Shown: positions 43,166 to 57,532, counted from the first letter of the stretch. The stretch: 64,000 nucleotides of DNA from Eledone cirrhosa (GCA_964016885.1 OZ024742.1:89032001-89096000), one strand, 5' to 3'. Numbers and translations are program-made. Notes: a model not told the origin generated them from the letters alone.

Positions 43166-43979
43166 TATTGTTATACTTTGGGAGGGTCATGTTGCCAATA
43201 AGAAACACACGCACCATAAGTCTTTCACTCCAATTTATTATAAGTTAAATTAAATTATAAATTTAAGAAATTTATAACTTTCGGTTGTTCATATATTGTA
43301 AAAGTTCTTTCGTCACACATTCTCTGACCTCATCAGTGACCGGGGATTCTATTTTTCTTTTTTTTGTGTGTTTTTTGAAAACACACACATAGAACAAACA
43401 ACCAACTAGTAACATGTAAATAAACAAATAAATAAACAAATAAAAACACACACAGACACCCGGATGTAACACATGCCCAAACTAAGCACACAACACACAC
43501 AAAAACAAGATGGCGTAGAACAGAACAAAGGAGAGGCACAAAACAAAGAGAAAAAAAGAATCCCCGGTCAATGATGCTTAGTTTGCGCATATGTTACATC
43601 CGGGTGTCTGTATGTGTTTTTATTTTTTAATTTATTTGTTTATTTACATGTTACTAGTTGGTTGTTTGTTCTATGTGTGTGATTTCAAAAAACACAGAAA
43701 AAAAAGAAAAAAAGAATCCCGGTCACTGATGAGGTCACAGCATGTGTGACGAAAGAACTTTGACAATATATGAACAACCGTCCGGTTGTGGAACCAACCA
43801 ACCAACCGAAAGTTATAAATTTCTTAAATTTATAATTTAATTTAACTTATAATAAATTGGAGTGACAACTATGGTTCGTGTGTTTCTTATTGGCAACATG
43901 ACCTTCCCAAAGTATAACAATATCGGTTTCAACACACGTTTTCAGATAAAGAATTTTGCTAAACAAATTCAAAAACGAA

Positions 43980-43980
<1 letters not shown>
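43166..43980. mobile_element. palindromic pLTR element with hammerheads and right-hand tail
   Basis: 43166-43488 inverted to 43575-43922; tail 43923-43980; terminus ttgttatact..ggg.agggtc shared with 29222 and 36261. Confidence 0.85.
43722..43764 (+). ncRNA. minimal type I hammerhead
   Basis: gtca CTGATGA g gtcaca gcatg tgtgac GAAA gaac TT tgac; inverted copy at about 43298-43340. Confidence 0.65.
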
Positions 43981-44010
<30 letters not shown>

Positions 44011-44070
44011 TATTTATACACATATATATATATACACATTTATATATAAATATATATATATATATATATA

Positions 44071-44142
<72 letters not shown>

Positions 44143-44266
44143 TTATTTGTATTCCTTGTATTCATCCTGCCTTTCAGATTGTTCACTGCTAACGTTATGT
44201 TTATCAGAAAGAACTTATATAAATAGCAATTTGAGAGAGAAAGCTCGCCAGTTCACGAAGCAATTG

Positions 44267-45990
44267 CACCGTGTAACATATGTTTTGTTCCTCGGTTCTA
44301 AGCCTAATTTACTGGTTTGTTATATCCCATTACTATAAAAAGATATTATTATTTAATCAGAAGTTTGGGTTTGTGGTTAGGAATTTGATATTTCGAAATT
44401 TTCATATTTTTCAAGAAATAACACATTTGTTAAAAATTTATCAGTTCATATAATTAAATCAACAGAGTATATATTTATTTTATTACACAAGCTTATCAAA
44501 AGCAAACAAGTAAAAACAAATAACACTTATAAAGCAATTTATGCACGTCAGAAATGACTGGTTCTCCTCGATTTGCGGTTGTAGTCCAGGTCGCATTCCC
44601 GCACTAGTCCCCAGATATAGTCCCCCATAATTTTTTCATTGTAGTGGCCCTGGTACCTCCGCTCCATCTCTTTCACATCTTGGTGGAATCGTTCGCTTTG
44701 TTCTTCTGAGTAGGCGCCCATATTGTCCTTGAATTTTTCCAGGTGAACGTCCAGCATATGGAGTTTAAGCGGCAGCCTGCATCCCATTGCTCCAAGAGCC
44801 TTTATCAGATCGTGCACCAGTTGCTCGTAGTTTTCAGCACTGTAGTTACCCAGGAAGCCCTTAACAACTACTTTAAAACATTTCCATGCTGTTCTCTCAA
44901 ACCTATTGAGCTTATTGGGGAACTCGGTAGACTCAAACACCTTCTTTATCTGAGGTCCAACAAAAATTCCACCTTTGATTTTGGCCTCAGATAACTTGGG
45001 GAAGAACTCAAGAAGGTATTTAAAAGCGGCTGATTCTTGGTTGAGAGCCTACAAAAACTGCTTCATCAACCCCAACTTAATGTGCAGTGGCGGCATGAGC
45101 ACAATCCTGGGATCAACCAGTGGCTCCCACATGACGTTCCGGGTCCCAACTACAAATTCTGTTCGCTGCTCCCAGTTCTTTCTTTTTAGTGGTCAGATGT
45201 GGCTCTGCTGTCCCAAAGGCAGAGGAAGCATTGGAATTTGATAAAGCCTCCTTGGAGTCCAAGCAGGAAAGCCACCACCTTGACGTCTCCAATGATTTCC
45301 CAATTGTACTGGTTGTATTGCAGAGCTTCCAAGAGGACTTTCACACTGTAGTAATCTTCCTTCAGGCAGACTGAATGAGCTAGGGGCAGTGTCGAGAACT
45401 TGTTTCCATTGTGGAGGAGGACAGCCTTCAAACTTGTGGTGGAGCTGTCTATAAATAGCCGGGCACAAACGGCAACACAATAACGTCAAACAGTCCAGGC
45501 ACGTCATGACAGAAGCAGAGGCCGTCCCTAAGAGTGTAAAAGCCTGAGAAAGGTTCGTGTCGACTTCTCTGACTTGTCACCTGCACTTCCTCCTTGACCA
45601 AGTTCCACTGATTCATCCTGGTGACGAATGCTTAAAACACAACTTACCCTTTATTCAGGGTGCGAAAATCCAGTATCAATAAATCTCTTTAATCCACTTT
45701 TTAACAAACTTATTGCACTTTTATAATTTTCTTTAGGTATTACTCTTTATTTCATAATTTTAATTTAACCTGAAACATATATTAAAAAATCATTTAACAT
45801 AAGCAAATTAAACTTACATACAACGTAAAATCCAGCATACAAATAATTCTAGTGAATAGCTTAGAATGTTTACAAACCCAAACTTTTGACTGTTTAATAG
45901 CACTTTTTTTTATTTATTTGGGACCTAAGAAACACAAAATAAGTGATTACAAGCCAGGAACAGAGAAACATTTTTTTTTGTTACACGGTC
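44267..45990 (-). mobile_element. Chapaev3-like (CMC) DNA transposon, defective
   Basis: TIRs caccgtgtaaca ... tgttacacggtc, flanks ttg/tta; transposase fragments KAVLLHNGN, GDVKVVAFLLGLQGG..K..CFLCLWDSRA, PPLHIKLGLMKQF, SEEQSERFHQD..MERRYQG; frameshifted; family name assigned from memory. Confidence 0.8.
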
Positions 45991-46234
45991 TTATTAATGA
46001 TTCAAACATATTTTAGGTCATATTAACTGGTTGTATTCGTTTATGGCACATATTAAAAGTTAGCACGATAGAATCCACTGTCAAAGATATGCGTCACAGC
46101 CATGTTATGAGGTGAAACAAGGTATATATGTGATAGTTAGTTTGACCGTCTTACGACCCAGTTTATTCACAGTGAAAAAGTGAACGATAATTTAGTGTTT
46201 CTTTTTTTACCAACAATTATAGTTTATTCTTTAC

Positions 46235-46363
46235 CTTGTTTTTAATTTCGTCGGAAAAATATTTTCCCACATACAATTTTTCAAGTACATTTTTGGCTAA
46301 CCCTTTGCATAATGACAAACAATTTCGGGAAGGTGTTCGGGCCAATTCTAAATTTTCGTTGTG
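46235..46363 (-). CDS. M13 peptidase internal exon
   Basis: tcttttag|CAC...AACAAG|gtaaag; 129 nt; HNENLELARTPSRNCLSLCKGLAKNVLEKLYVGKYFSDEIKNK. Confidence 0.85.
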
Positions 46364-46652
46364 CTAAAAGAAAGGATAGAAAATTACTAAACAAATGAAT
46401 ATAAAAGTCCTGTTTTTTCATCGTCATTATTAACAGAAAAGGTTCCATGAATAAACATATTTACGTTTCCTTATATATTAGTACAAGCTTTTGATTACGA
46501 CAATCTCATTCATACTAGCAAAGATGCACAAAAAGGGGTGTCTTATAGATTCTACATGCTGGTAAAACGTCTAATACATATAAGAAAACGAATATAGAAG
46601 TTACCTTATTAGAGTAAATGTAATAAAAGCAATTTAATGTACAGGCTTTAAA

Positions 46653-47557
46653 TCTCTCTATATATAAAATTATTTGTCTCTCTCTCTGTCTGTCTGTCTG
46701 TTCCTATGCATTCTCAAACGGCTCGACAAAATCAAGGTAATAGTATTAGACCCCGAGAGTGTCAGTATGCAATTTTTATTTTCATTTGGATTAAAGGAAT
46801 ATACCCCCCAGCCACCCCCACCATGACGTCACATTTTGTATGAGTGTGTATGTGTATGTGGGTGTATGTGTGTTTGCAAGTTCATTACGTACGTTAGACT
46901 TCAGAGAATTAAACACACACACAGATCTACACATACATATGTACTGGCTGACAAGTAATAGGTGTGCGTGAATGCATGTCTGTCTGTGTATGTCTTAGTA
47001 TATGTATGTGAGTGTATGTGAGAATGTATGTGTGCTAATTTTTATTTTAACGTTAGGACTCAGAGATTTAATCACACACACATCTACACATACATATAGC
47101 CTTAGTAATTTGCATATACATTATCTTCACACACAGACAATTCAACACGCACACACACATCTACACATACAGATACATATGCGATGACTAACAATTAATA
47201 GGTGTGCGTGAATGTGTGTCTGTATGTGAGTGAGTGTATCTATGCGTGAGTGTATGTGTGATAATTTTTATTTTTATTTGCATTAAAACAACACAACATT
47301 TTGTATATGAATGTGCATGTGTCTGTGAGTGTATGTGTGTGAGTGTGTAGCAATGAATATTGCTTACACTAAGGTGCTTAAAGATTGACAGATTTTCATT
47401 TCTAAATTCTATTATGATTATAATTTTGATATTTTTTAAAATACAATATAGATATTTTGAAATAATTATGAGAAAAAAGAACATTTCTTCATATTTATTG
47501 CTTACTAATCTGAATAAGAACAGTAGTAACCCGGGCAACGCCGGGTAATTCAGCTAG
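46653..47557 (+). mobile_element. non-autonomous Helitron
   Basis: a|TCtctctatatataaa start, (tctg)n, 3' hairpin acccgggcaacgccgggt followed by CTAG|t. Confidence 0.85.
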
Positions 47558-47779
47558 TATATAATAATAATAAAGAATATAGCGAATATCTAAAAAAAAA
47601 CAACATATAAATACTCGTTGGATAGCAGTACCTAGTGTGGGAACTTCTATAACAAAGAAGTCAGATCGGAAAATCTTGAAACGCTTAATATATAATTTGA
47701 CATCATTTTGTAGGATTTTAGTTACGCAGGACAGCTCTTTTCAAATATATATATATATATCTGTGAGTGTGGGAGGTGG

Positions 47780-49330
47780 GGGTGTAATTGAGTACATGTG
47801 TACGTTTGGGTGAAAGTTGGTATATATCATGTCTTACCCTTAGACACCTTAACTATGCCTACTGTGACCTTTTTGCGCCTGCCTGTAGCCTGGGGTCAAC
47901 AGATCCATTCAATCACTCAAATTTGGCCTCTGGCTAAAATGAAATTCAGTCATCAAGATGTTAAAAGCCTTAAAGATGATATGCTCTGGCTGACCCGTGT
48001 ATGACAGATGGCCTAAATCTCTGGAAAGGTACAAAAGCAATGGTAATCGGGAGTGATAATCGCAATTTTCAAAAATGTAGACAAGATTGCTCTAATTCCT
48101 TGATACGCCTGGCCAGTGAAGACATTGGTAAGTTTCCGGCAAAGAGATGTCGAGTCCAGTGTAGCTGAAGGTCAGTGTGGTTTTATTCCCAGATGTAGCA
48201 GACCCAGCAAATATTCACTCTGGGAAATATCTCCCTGAAATCCTAGAAGTATTACCAAGAGATAGACATGTTTCGTGAACCTGTAAACGACCGTGTTCAA
48301 TGGAATGTTTTTAAAAGGTTTTGCAAGTGTAAAAAACAGAAGGAAAGTTTCTTATTGCCTTAAAGTCCTTATATAATTTCTCGAGTATTGATGTTCAAGA
48401 AATAGTGCTAATTCAAAACCAGTCTATGTGGGCGTCATACTCCCCCAATCCCACGTATTTCTTTGTACAAAATCTTCCTGAAAAGGATGAACATGCGCAG
48501 CCGGTTCGGAATTGTTATCAAATCCGGGAGTGTAAGATAGGTCGCCAGGAATTTGTAGTTGACGTGCTACTACTTAACTCGTCGCATGTGATCTCTATCA
48601 TGCACTGAATAGGTTTGCTGCTGAGTGTTGCATGACAGGAATGAAAATCAGTGCTGAGACACTCTTCCTCTAAAGAAAACCGCCGTAGGGTACTAAACAT
48701 GTTCATGGAGGTCCACCGAAGCAGTTAGAGATATAAAAGCAATTCGGCGTTGCTGCACGAATAATGGAAGTCAGGAGGGTAAATTAACTACGCCAGTTTG
48801 TGAAGCAGGTGCAGTACCAGTTTCAAGACGTCATCAGAAGGGAGATAGGTGTATAAGCCAAACTCGTCAATTTGATATCCGTGGTTACTCAATGTTAGGA
48901 TCAAGAATCTTGAATGATGACCAAAATATGATCGCCAAAAACAAGCGGCTGAAATGGAGCTTTCCCCGAAGGATATTTGAAGTAACGTTACTTGATAGGT
49001 GTTGAAACTCGGAGATCTGTGTGAGTCCAAATAGAGCCACTACTTTTCCAGATCGAAAAATGACAGATCCGGTAATATGCTTATGTGGTTAGAATGCCTA
49101 ATGAAAGAGGTGTTAGACAGTTACAATGGGCACAGATAACAAGAAGCAGGCACAGAAGCAGACACAGAGTTAGGCCAAGACCCAAGATCTTGCTTTGTTC
49201 CTAATAGGACCCAGTCGGATAATTAGAAAGGGTTGCTCTTGGTGGGATCTTCAGGAAGGAGCAATTGATGTCTTGGCCCACATGCCGTGGGAGGGAGGGA
49301 ATAGAAGGCAGAAAGCGACAGTCTATTATA
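47780..49330 (+). mobile_element. highly degenerate RTE-type LINE
   Basis: EGQCGF at about 48168; collinear similarity with 7100-8150. Confidence 0.65.
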
Positions 49331-49624
49331 TGAGATAATGTGAATACATATATGATACGGTTGAGAAGGCGCACTACTTATTAGATATCTCCTGGGTTTG
49401 TTTTCCAATTCACTTAACTATTAGAAATAAGCTGTACTTTTATTTCAAATAGTTAGTCTGCATTACGTTAAAGGTACACGTGTCTTTGAAATTATCAGCT
49501 ACTCACACGTTAATTTTACGAGCCGGCGGGACACACATCGTCGAAACCGATATAGGTCCTTTCCACTGGTAATAATAGTACATACAAACACACAAACACA
49601 CACTTACGCGCAAGCACATACACA

Positions 49625-49698
<74 letters not shown>

Positions 49699-51172
49699 TA
49701 CACACGTAAACACATATATATATATACAGATGTGAGAAAAACCATACTTTTGAAAAGCAGAAGAACTGCGAAACTGGTAAAGGAACCAAATAAATATATA
49801 TATATTTTTTAAAATAAGACTCCAGTTGCATTTTCGATTTCATCTTTTTTCTTTATATATACATATATACGAAGAAATTAAAAGGTGGTTTAAAAACTTC
49901 CATGTGTGCGCATTTCAAAAACAAATATCATCCTAGGACGATATTTGCGTTCTCATCAGATAAAAGAGGGAGACATGATATGAAGCTTAAAAAAACACTT
50001 GTGAGCAAGGTAGTGTCTAATCAACATATGATAAATAAATGTAAAAGGATATAGGAGATTGGAAAAAAGGGAAGGAAGGGGAAAAAGGAAGGAAGAGGAA
50101 GAAAGGAAAAAAGGGAAAAGGAAGGAACGGATAACGAAGGAAGAGTATAAGAAGGAGGAAGGAGAGAGGAAGAAAAAGGAGAGAAAGAGAGATAGATAAA
50201 CATTTAAACTGAAAAACACTGTCAAAGAGAAATAACTGAAAAAAAAACGGTTGTAAATTTATAAATAAATTAAAAAATTAAAAAATTAAAAATTAATGAG
50301 GTTTATGAATGATGATGTTTATGATAACAGATATAGAAATTAAGTATACTATTTATTTAGGGTTTATATATTTAGGGTTTATATAGTGAAGGATTTATTA
50401 AGATGTGCGAAAATGTTTATTAAAATGTATTATTAAGATAAAATAAAGTAAAATAAGATAAGGTGAATGAAAATAAAATTAAATGATTTATAAGCTTAGA
50501 TGACGATATAGGGTCCTAGCTTGTTACAATAGATTGTAATAGAAAAGGTAATTATTTAAGTTAAGACGGGCACGGAAAGAGAGAAAAAAGAAAAATACGA
50601 GGAAGAAAAAATTACGTCAAATTTTGTTTACAAAATTCACCTTATGCTAATATTAAAAGATTTGAAGTAAAAAATTGGGAAATATAGCGGCTTAAAAAAG
50701 TAATGGTGAGAAGAAATGATATGAAGATGAACTATTTAAATGAAATTTGTATCCCCAAGAAGATAAAGGAATTCGATATAGTGAATCAAAAAGTTAAAAA
50801 ATTGAAAAATTAGGGGACAAAAACGTCATAGTATGAATAAACTTTGTAGAATGTACTGAAATATGCGAGAAAAAGGGGGTATATGTGTAAAAAGAGATAT
50901 ATATGTGTGCGAAAAAGTTTTTAAACTTAATTATGGAGTAAGATATTAGCTGTATACCCTAGAAATGACCTAAGCGATTTATGGATGCAAAGCAAAAATA
51001 AATTTGTGCGTCTATTTATTATGTTGAGTGCTACTTATCCGATATTTGCATTGCTTTATTGTGCTACAATAAAACTCACCTCCTACATATATATATATTT
51101 ATATATATACATACATGCATATATATGTGTATGTGTGTGTGTAATATATATATATGTATATATATATATATA

Positions 51173-51522
51173 TGGAGGAAGTAATAGTTCACTTGAAGCA
51201 TTGTGTAATGAGGTATAAACGTTTGAATTTGTGAAGCCAAACAATGCAGGTATGGACATAGAATAAAAATGCAAATGCAAAATATATTGTTGACAATTAG
51301 TATTTTACCTTAGATTTATTTAAATGCCTTTAATTTTCGAGATAATATCTCTTCTTCGGAGGGAAGTAAAGCGGCTAAACCAGTGTTCTAAATAGCTTGC
51401 CAAGTCATGCACGACTTGGCAAGCTATTTAGAACAGTAGTTTAACACTGTCAACAATATCTTTTGCACTTGCATTTTTATTTTATGTCCATACCTGCATT
51501 GTTTGGCTTTACAAATTCAAAC

Positions 51523-51529
<7 letters not shown>
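51173..51529. mobile_element. palindromic insertion in (TA)n with left tail
   Basis: 51214-51295 inverted to 51448-51529; central hairpin 51384-51435; tail related to 41455-41535. Confidence 0.75.
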
Positions 51530-51568
<39 letters not shown>

Positions 51569-51573
<5 letters not shown>

Positions 51574-54500
51574 AAAATTGAACGGGAACACAACAGAGAG
51601 GCAGTACGAACAAAGGTTTATTAGTTTCACGCTCTTGAGAGTGGGGTGGTGGTGGGGAACGACGTTTCGGGCATAAGCCCTTCTTCAGGTGAAAAGTGTG
51701 TGGGAAGAGAGTTCAAAGGGTGTGTAGGGGAGTGGTGGAAAGACATATAGCAAAAAGGGGGTGAGAGGAAACGATGCAAATGAAATTAAAAATAAAGGCA
51801 TGATCAAAATAAAATTAAAATGGGGTAAAACAGGTGGTGGAAGGGTGTGGGGAGTGTAGGGGTGGTGGAGGGTGGAGTGGGGAGAGGGAGACGGGGTGTC
51901 CGAGCGGGGAGGGCTGAAGGTGATGTGTGTATGTAAGTGTACGTGTGTGTATGTGTGTGTGTATGTGAAAGTAAGGGTTGGGGGAAGAACGGGGTTGCAT
52001 GTTCAGGAAGAGGTGTGTGTGGGTGGGGTGTAGGTAGGAGTGTGTGTGCGTATGTAGATAGAGGGGTAGGGGGAGAGGATTACGGAGGCTGAATGTGTAA
52101 ATATGTGGTGGTACGCACGTGTGTGTGTGGTGTTTATGCGTGTTGTGGATGTAGGTGGCGTGTGGGGAAAAAAATGTTTTTGGGTGTATGTCTGGGGTTG
52201 AGTCGTAAAGGTAATTCCGTAAAAGGGTGTGGTTGAATGCTGAGTAAAATCCTTGGGATGCGGTAGATTCTCGGGATCAAGATTCACATATGTGTAATCC
52301 GTGAAGAGATTGGTCGGAAGAGAGGAGATGTGGGGTGCGCGTGCAACAGGAAGTGGTCAGAGGGTCAAGGCAGGAGGAGCTATGTGTCTGTGTGTGCGGG
52401 GAGGTGGTCAGAGAGGCATGGCAGCAGTAGGGTAGAATGGTAAGTGAAGAAAGTCGGTGTGTCAGTGTGTGCGGAGGTGCGGTGGACAGGGGAGAGTATG
52501 GGTAGGTGTGAAAGTTGGAGTGAGGAGAGGGGGGTGTATTAGTAGAGGTGTTAGTGGGATGTGTGTGTGTTTGAGAAAGGGTGTGGGTGGAACGGGGAGA
52601 GAAGGATGTGGGGGCCGATGGAGGGAGTGAGTGTAATGTTAGTGGGTGTTAGTATACTGGAGGTGGAGAAAGGGTTGAATACGGGTGTGAGTGGGGGTCA
52701 GTGGTGGTAGGGTGTGTAGAGTGGGTGGTGTAAGAGGGTGTGTGTGTTCGTGTGCGTAGGGTTGGGGGGTGTTAGTGATGTTAGTTGCGTGTAGAGTGGG
52801 TGGTGTAAGTGGGTGTGTGTGTTCGTGTGCTTGGGGTCAGGGGATGTTAGTGATGTTAGTTGCGGGGTGGTAGGGTGGATGTGTGGGGGTGAGTGTTAGT
52901 GGTGGTAGTAGGGTGTGTGTTTAGTGTGAGCGCGTGTATATATGTACCGGTGGGTGTGGGCGTGTGATAAGGAGGGGCAGGAGAAGAATGGAGGGTGTTA
53001 GTATGTTAGTTGGGGAAGGGTGGTCGGATGTGGAGTGGAGGTGTTAGTATTGTTAATTGTGGGGTGGGCGGTGAAAAGGAGGGGTGTGTTAGTGGTGTTA
53101 GTGGGGGATATGTGTGGGGGGAGGGGGGCGGTCGAAGGCTAAAGGAATAAGGGTGGGGAGTTCAGGCCGGTGGGAGTGTGGGTCTGTAGGGTGAAGATGG
53201 TTCGTTGTTCGACCCTTAGGAGAGTGGCGGGTTTTCCGTGGCATTGGAGTAGGCCACAACAGACTGTGAGGTGGTGTGCGGAATGTCCAGGGGTTACCAA
53301 AGTGGCGGGCAATGGGGGAACTACCACCGACACGAATATCCCGGAGGTGCTCAGTAAATCTGTCAGCCAGGCGACGTCCAGTCTGTTCGACGTAATTCCG
53401 CGAATTCCGTAGACTAGGTTGGAGGAGGTGCAGCGGAAGGCATGCCGGACAGAGAGAGAGGGTGGCCGTTGGGACCCTGGAAGGTGGTGATTTTGGTGAT
53501 GTGGGGACAGGTGTTTCAGCGGGGGCTAGAACAGGGAAAGGAACCGGGGGGGTGGAAGAGAGCGTGGGTTGGGGGGTAGGGAGCTGTGGACGAGGAGGGT
53601 GCGGAGATTGCGTGCGCGTTTGAAGGAGAGGAGTGGTGGGGCTGGGAAGATATGGGAGGTTGAGGGGTCTGACTGGAGGCGTCGGAAGAGGCGGAGGATG
53701 GTGCGGTGGAGGGGTATGGTGGAGGGGTGGTAGATGATGGGGAAGGGGAGACGGTGGGTGGGTGCGCGGTGGCGTGGACAGTACGGGCGCGGGTGAGAGC
53801 GGTGTGGATGAGAGAGGGGGGGTAACCTCTGCGGATGAAATGGCTGACTAGGGAAAGGGCCTGGGACTCAAAGTCAGCATCTCGGCTACAGAGGCGGCGG
53901 ATCCTGAGGAATTGGGAGTAGGGAATAGACTGTTTAGTGTGTGTGGGGTGGGAAGAGATGAATTCGAGGTAGGAGTGGGAGTCGGTGGGTTTGAAGAAGC
54001 CGGAGGTGACGAGGGAGTGGTGGGAGGGGTCGAAGGCGACGGAGATGTCTAAGAAGTGGACGTGGAGATAGAGGTGGTGAAGTGGAGGGAGGGGTGGAAG
54101 GAGCAGAAGAAGGAGAGAAAGGAGTCGAGCTGTTCTCGGGTGAGGGTCGTGGCTCCGATACAGTCGTCGATGTAACGACCGTACAGTTCGGGCGTGGGGC
54201 CGGTGTACTGGGCAAAGATTTGGGCCTCAACATGGCCAACAAAAAGGTTGGCATAGTTTGGGCCCATTCTTGTACCCATGGCTACCCCCGTTACCTGTTT
54301 GTAAAACTCACCCGAGAAGAAGAAACAGTTGAGGGTGAGGACCAGTCGGCGAGGCGAAGGTGGTGGGGGTGGAGGGGAGGGGGGAGGGGCGAAGGTCGAG
54401 GTAGTTTTTGAGGGTGCGTAGGCCGACGGCGTGGGGTATGACAGTATAGAGGTACTTAATGTCTAGGGTGAAGAGGAATGGCTGTGGGCCGGGTGGGTAG

Positions 54501-54892
54501 GTGAAGAAGTCGAAAAGGCGCAGGGTGTGGTTGGTGTAGGAGATGTGGGAGGGGAGGGTGGTGACAAGGGGGGCGAGGATGGAGTCGAGAAAGGCGGAGA
54601 TGAGTTCGGTGGGACAGTTGCAAGCGGAGACGATGGGGCGGCCGGGGTTATCGGGTTTGTGGAGTTTGGGGAGGAAGTAGATGGTTGGGGTGCGGGGGTG
54701 TAGACGATGAGGTGGGAAGCGGTGGGTGGAGGAAGGAGGAGGAGACAATGTGTTAGATGGTGGAGGAAACTTGTTGTTGGTAGAGGGGTGTGGGATCGGA
54801 GGGTAGAGGGCGGTAGAAGAGGGGGTTACGGAGCTGCCTGAGGGCTTCGGCCGTGTAGAGGTCCCACCCTTGTCCGCCGGTTTTATGACGAT
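51569..54892 (-). mobile_element. Penelope-like retroelement, 5'-truncated, disrupted RT + GIY-YIG
   Basis: IVIKPADKGG, YFLPKLHKPDNPGRPIVS, LDIKYLYT, MGTRMGPNYANLF, RYIDD, GRRLADRFTEH; coding about 53139-54892, long low-complexity 3' region, hammerhead near the end, terminates at (TA)n. Confidence 0.92.
51655..51695 (-). ncRNA. minimal PLE-type hammerhead
   Basis: cac CTGAAGA a gggc ttat gccc GAAA cg TC gtt. Confidence 0.75.
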
Positions 54893-54954
54893 ATAAACAC
54901 AAAATTGTTTTCGCACCTAATGTATTCATGAGTGAATAATAAAAATATTACAAT

Positions 54955-55130
54955 ATCATCATCATCATCATTATCATCATCATTTTACGTCCGCTTTTCC
55001 CTGCTTGCAAGGGTTGGACGGGTCCTATTCAGCACAACATCTCTCCACTTGTCACGCTCCTCTGTAATCTCCTCCATGAGTTTCAGCGATATGAGGTCTG
55101 CTCTCACCACCTCCGCCCATGTTTTTCGCG
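54955..55130 (-). mobile_element. LINE 3' end with (GAT)n tail
   Basis: reverse strand KTWAEVVRADL...DKWR resembles an RTE C-terminus; (TCA)n on the + strand. Confidence 0.6.
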
Positions 55131-55951
55131 ATTAATATTCAGTTTGTTTGCAAGCAAACAGCCTCATAAAACGCCGTGGTAGCTGAGAGAAAACGACCGA
55201 CATTGATTTCGGAGTTATTGCTCCTTACCGTCTCTGCTACCTGCTGAAACTCCTGAGAATACATAGTATTCTCAAATGTATACATCGGCTTATTAGCCGC
55301 GTTTGCATATCAAGATATTTTAACTGCTACTTCTTTACAGAAGACAGCCATCATTTAATCATTTCAACGAATTCCCTGATATTATAAACCATCACTGCAG
55401 GCCAGTTTGATGGCTTAACAAACTCTATTTAGATAACCCTTCTAGAAACTTCCAACGTTGCCACTCCTCCACCGCTGTGGGACATGTGAAGAAATATCTG
55501 CACAAAAAGAAGACAATGTTACGTGCTTGTAATACACACATAGCACTCATTCCATCGCCGCTGCCATGCGTTCAGTGAAAAGCTCAGGAAAGATAAACAA
55601 GTTACGATGATTGCATATGGCCTTGTCGTGAACTTCTCCAGGGGGTGTAGCCGTACTCAACAGGCTTGGCCAATAGAAAATTGTTGAGACGCTTTAACCC
55701 ATAGCTGATGTGGATGGCCGTTGACCTTATCAATTTCATCCTACCTTTGACATGACTTGTTTGCTGATCTGGCAAGGAGGGTTTCCACTTATCCTCCTTG
55801 CCAGATCAGAGTCTGGTGGGGAAGACGATTTAGTCACCGATCAGCTGACCATGAAATAGGTTGTACTGGACTGCATGGTACCAGTAACAAGCAGAGACCT
55901 GATACACACGTACACACACACACACACACACGCACAAACACTCACACACAC

Positions 55952-56019
<68 letters not shown>

Positions 56020-56771
56020 CGCTAAATTAGTTTCTATCCCCTAATTATTCGCTAAAGTATATATTTTGTTTCGGCGGGAAAAATATATTGGTAAATTCAC
56101 TAATCTACTGAATTTGTCATGTTATCAATTTTGATAATTTATGCACAAAGGCCTGAATACATGCACATACATATTTTGATTCAGATGGCCCTATATGTGA
56201 GCCTGGTCCGTATATATGGGAAGTGTGCAATTGTGTGGGAGTGTGCATGCATGGTTGCATCAGTACATTTTTTGTGTTTTTTTTTGGGGGGGGGGGGGGC
56301 GGGCGCATTTATAAAGATATTATATAGAAAAAGTGGCGTTTCCTATGGTTACAACACTATTTTGATGTATGACATTCGTTTGAGTGCCAGTATGAATTAA
56401 CGTCATGCTGCACGTGATAACCAATATCTCTTGTGATGACTGCAATTTTGTAAAATGTAAACAAAACTCCACAGGTCTTTTGGGCGTTCGAAAGATAAAC
56501 TTGATGAGGCATTTATTTATAAAATGATTGATTCGGAAGAGTCCCACGACGATGAAACAATTGTAAATCAAACTATGAAGTAAATAAGTGTTTGGTAACA
56601 CATTTTAATAAATAATTGCTCTACGTGTAAATAATCTAACACAGTAGGAGTACAAATGATTTTTTTTTAATTATATGTAGTCGTGTCTACGGTTTATTAT
56701 AATAAATAATAGTATTTTGAGCTGGTATAACTTTTTCACCTACACCTTTCCAGGCTTTATATTTGAAAACG

Positions 56772-56802
<31 letters not shown>

Positions 56803-57044
56803 CCGAAGGCCGAACTCAATACACATTTCTATGGCCTAGAATATTTCGAGTCGGGCCTCGGTTCCTGCACCTGTTACAGGATACTAGATACTACATCGAC
56901 GATGAATGATTCACATAATGTCGTGTGATTTACCTTATTACATCATGGCTTAACCACTGGAATGACCGGATCTACCTATTGGTAAACCAGGCAACATATA
57001 TGGTATATATACATGTAAGTTTACATAAGCATGTTGATACCTAC

Positions 57045-57126
57045 CACTGTAGTGATTTTCTCATTTGGTAGCAATTGCTGTGCCACTTGATATATTAAAT
57101 TTGCAAACAGGATATCAACCAGGGTG
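57045..57126 (-). CDS. M13 peptidase internal exon
   Basis: tattctag|CACC...ACAGTG|gtaggt; 82 nt, phase 2 to 0, exactly the phases the neighbours need; (D)TLVDILFANLIYQVAQQLLPNEKITTV; family similarity is weak. Confidence 0.65.
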
Positions 57127-57453
57127 CTAGAATACAAAATATAATAAATGCATGAGTAATATCGCCATTTTTCCTATCTTAATAGTAGATATTTACTATA
57201 AAAGGAGACATTGCTTATCGTTTTACCCAGATATTTATTATTAAAATGTGATATTTGATAAAGGATAAAGATACAGTGAAATATTTAAATATTATAACTA
57301 ATATTGTTGGGATAAAATTCAGCAGTGTTATTGTATAGGTCGTCCAATAATATTTCTTGAAAAATACAAAAAACTACCGGGTCAAAATTATGATTCCAAA
57401 GGATAATATACATAACATACAAAACAAATAGTAAATGTAATTACACACACGCG

Positions 57454-57532
<79 letters not shown>

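Noticed and set aside
48820-48840. CTGATGA...GAAA on the minus strand
   Set aside because: No stems; chance match inside a LINE remnant.
55140-55890. possible DNA transposon remnant
   Set aside because: No TIR or protein motif that I could identify with confidence.
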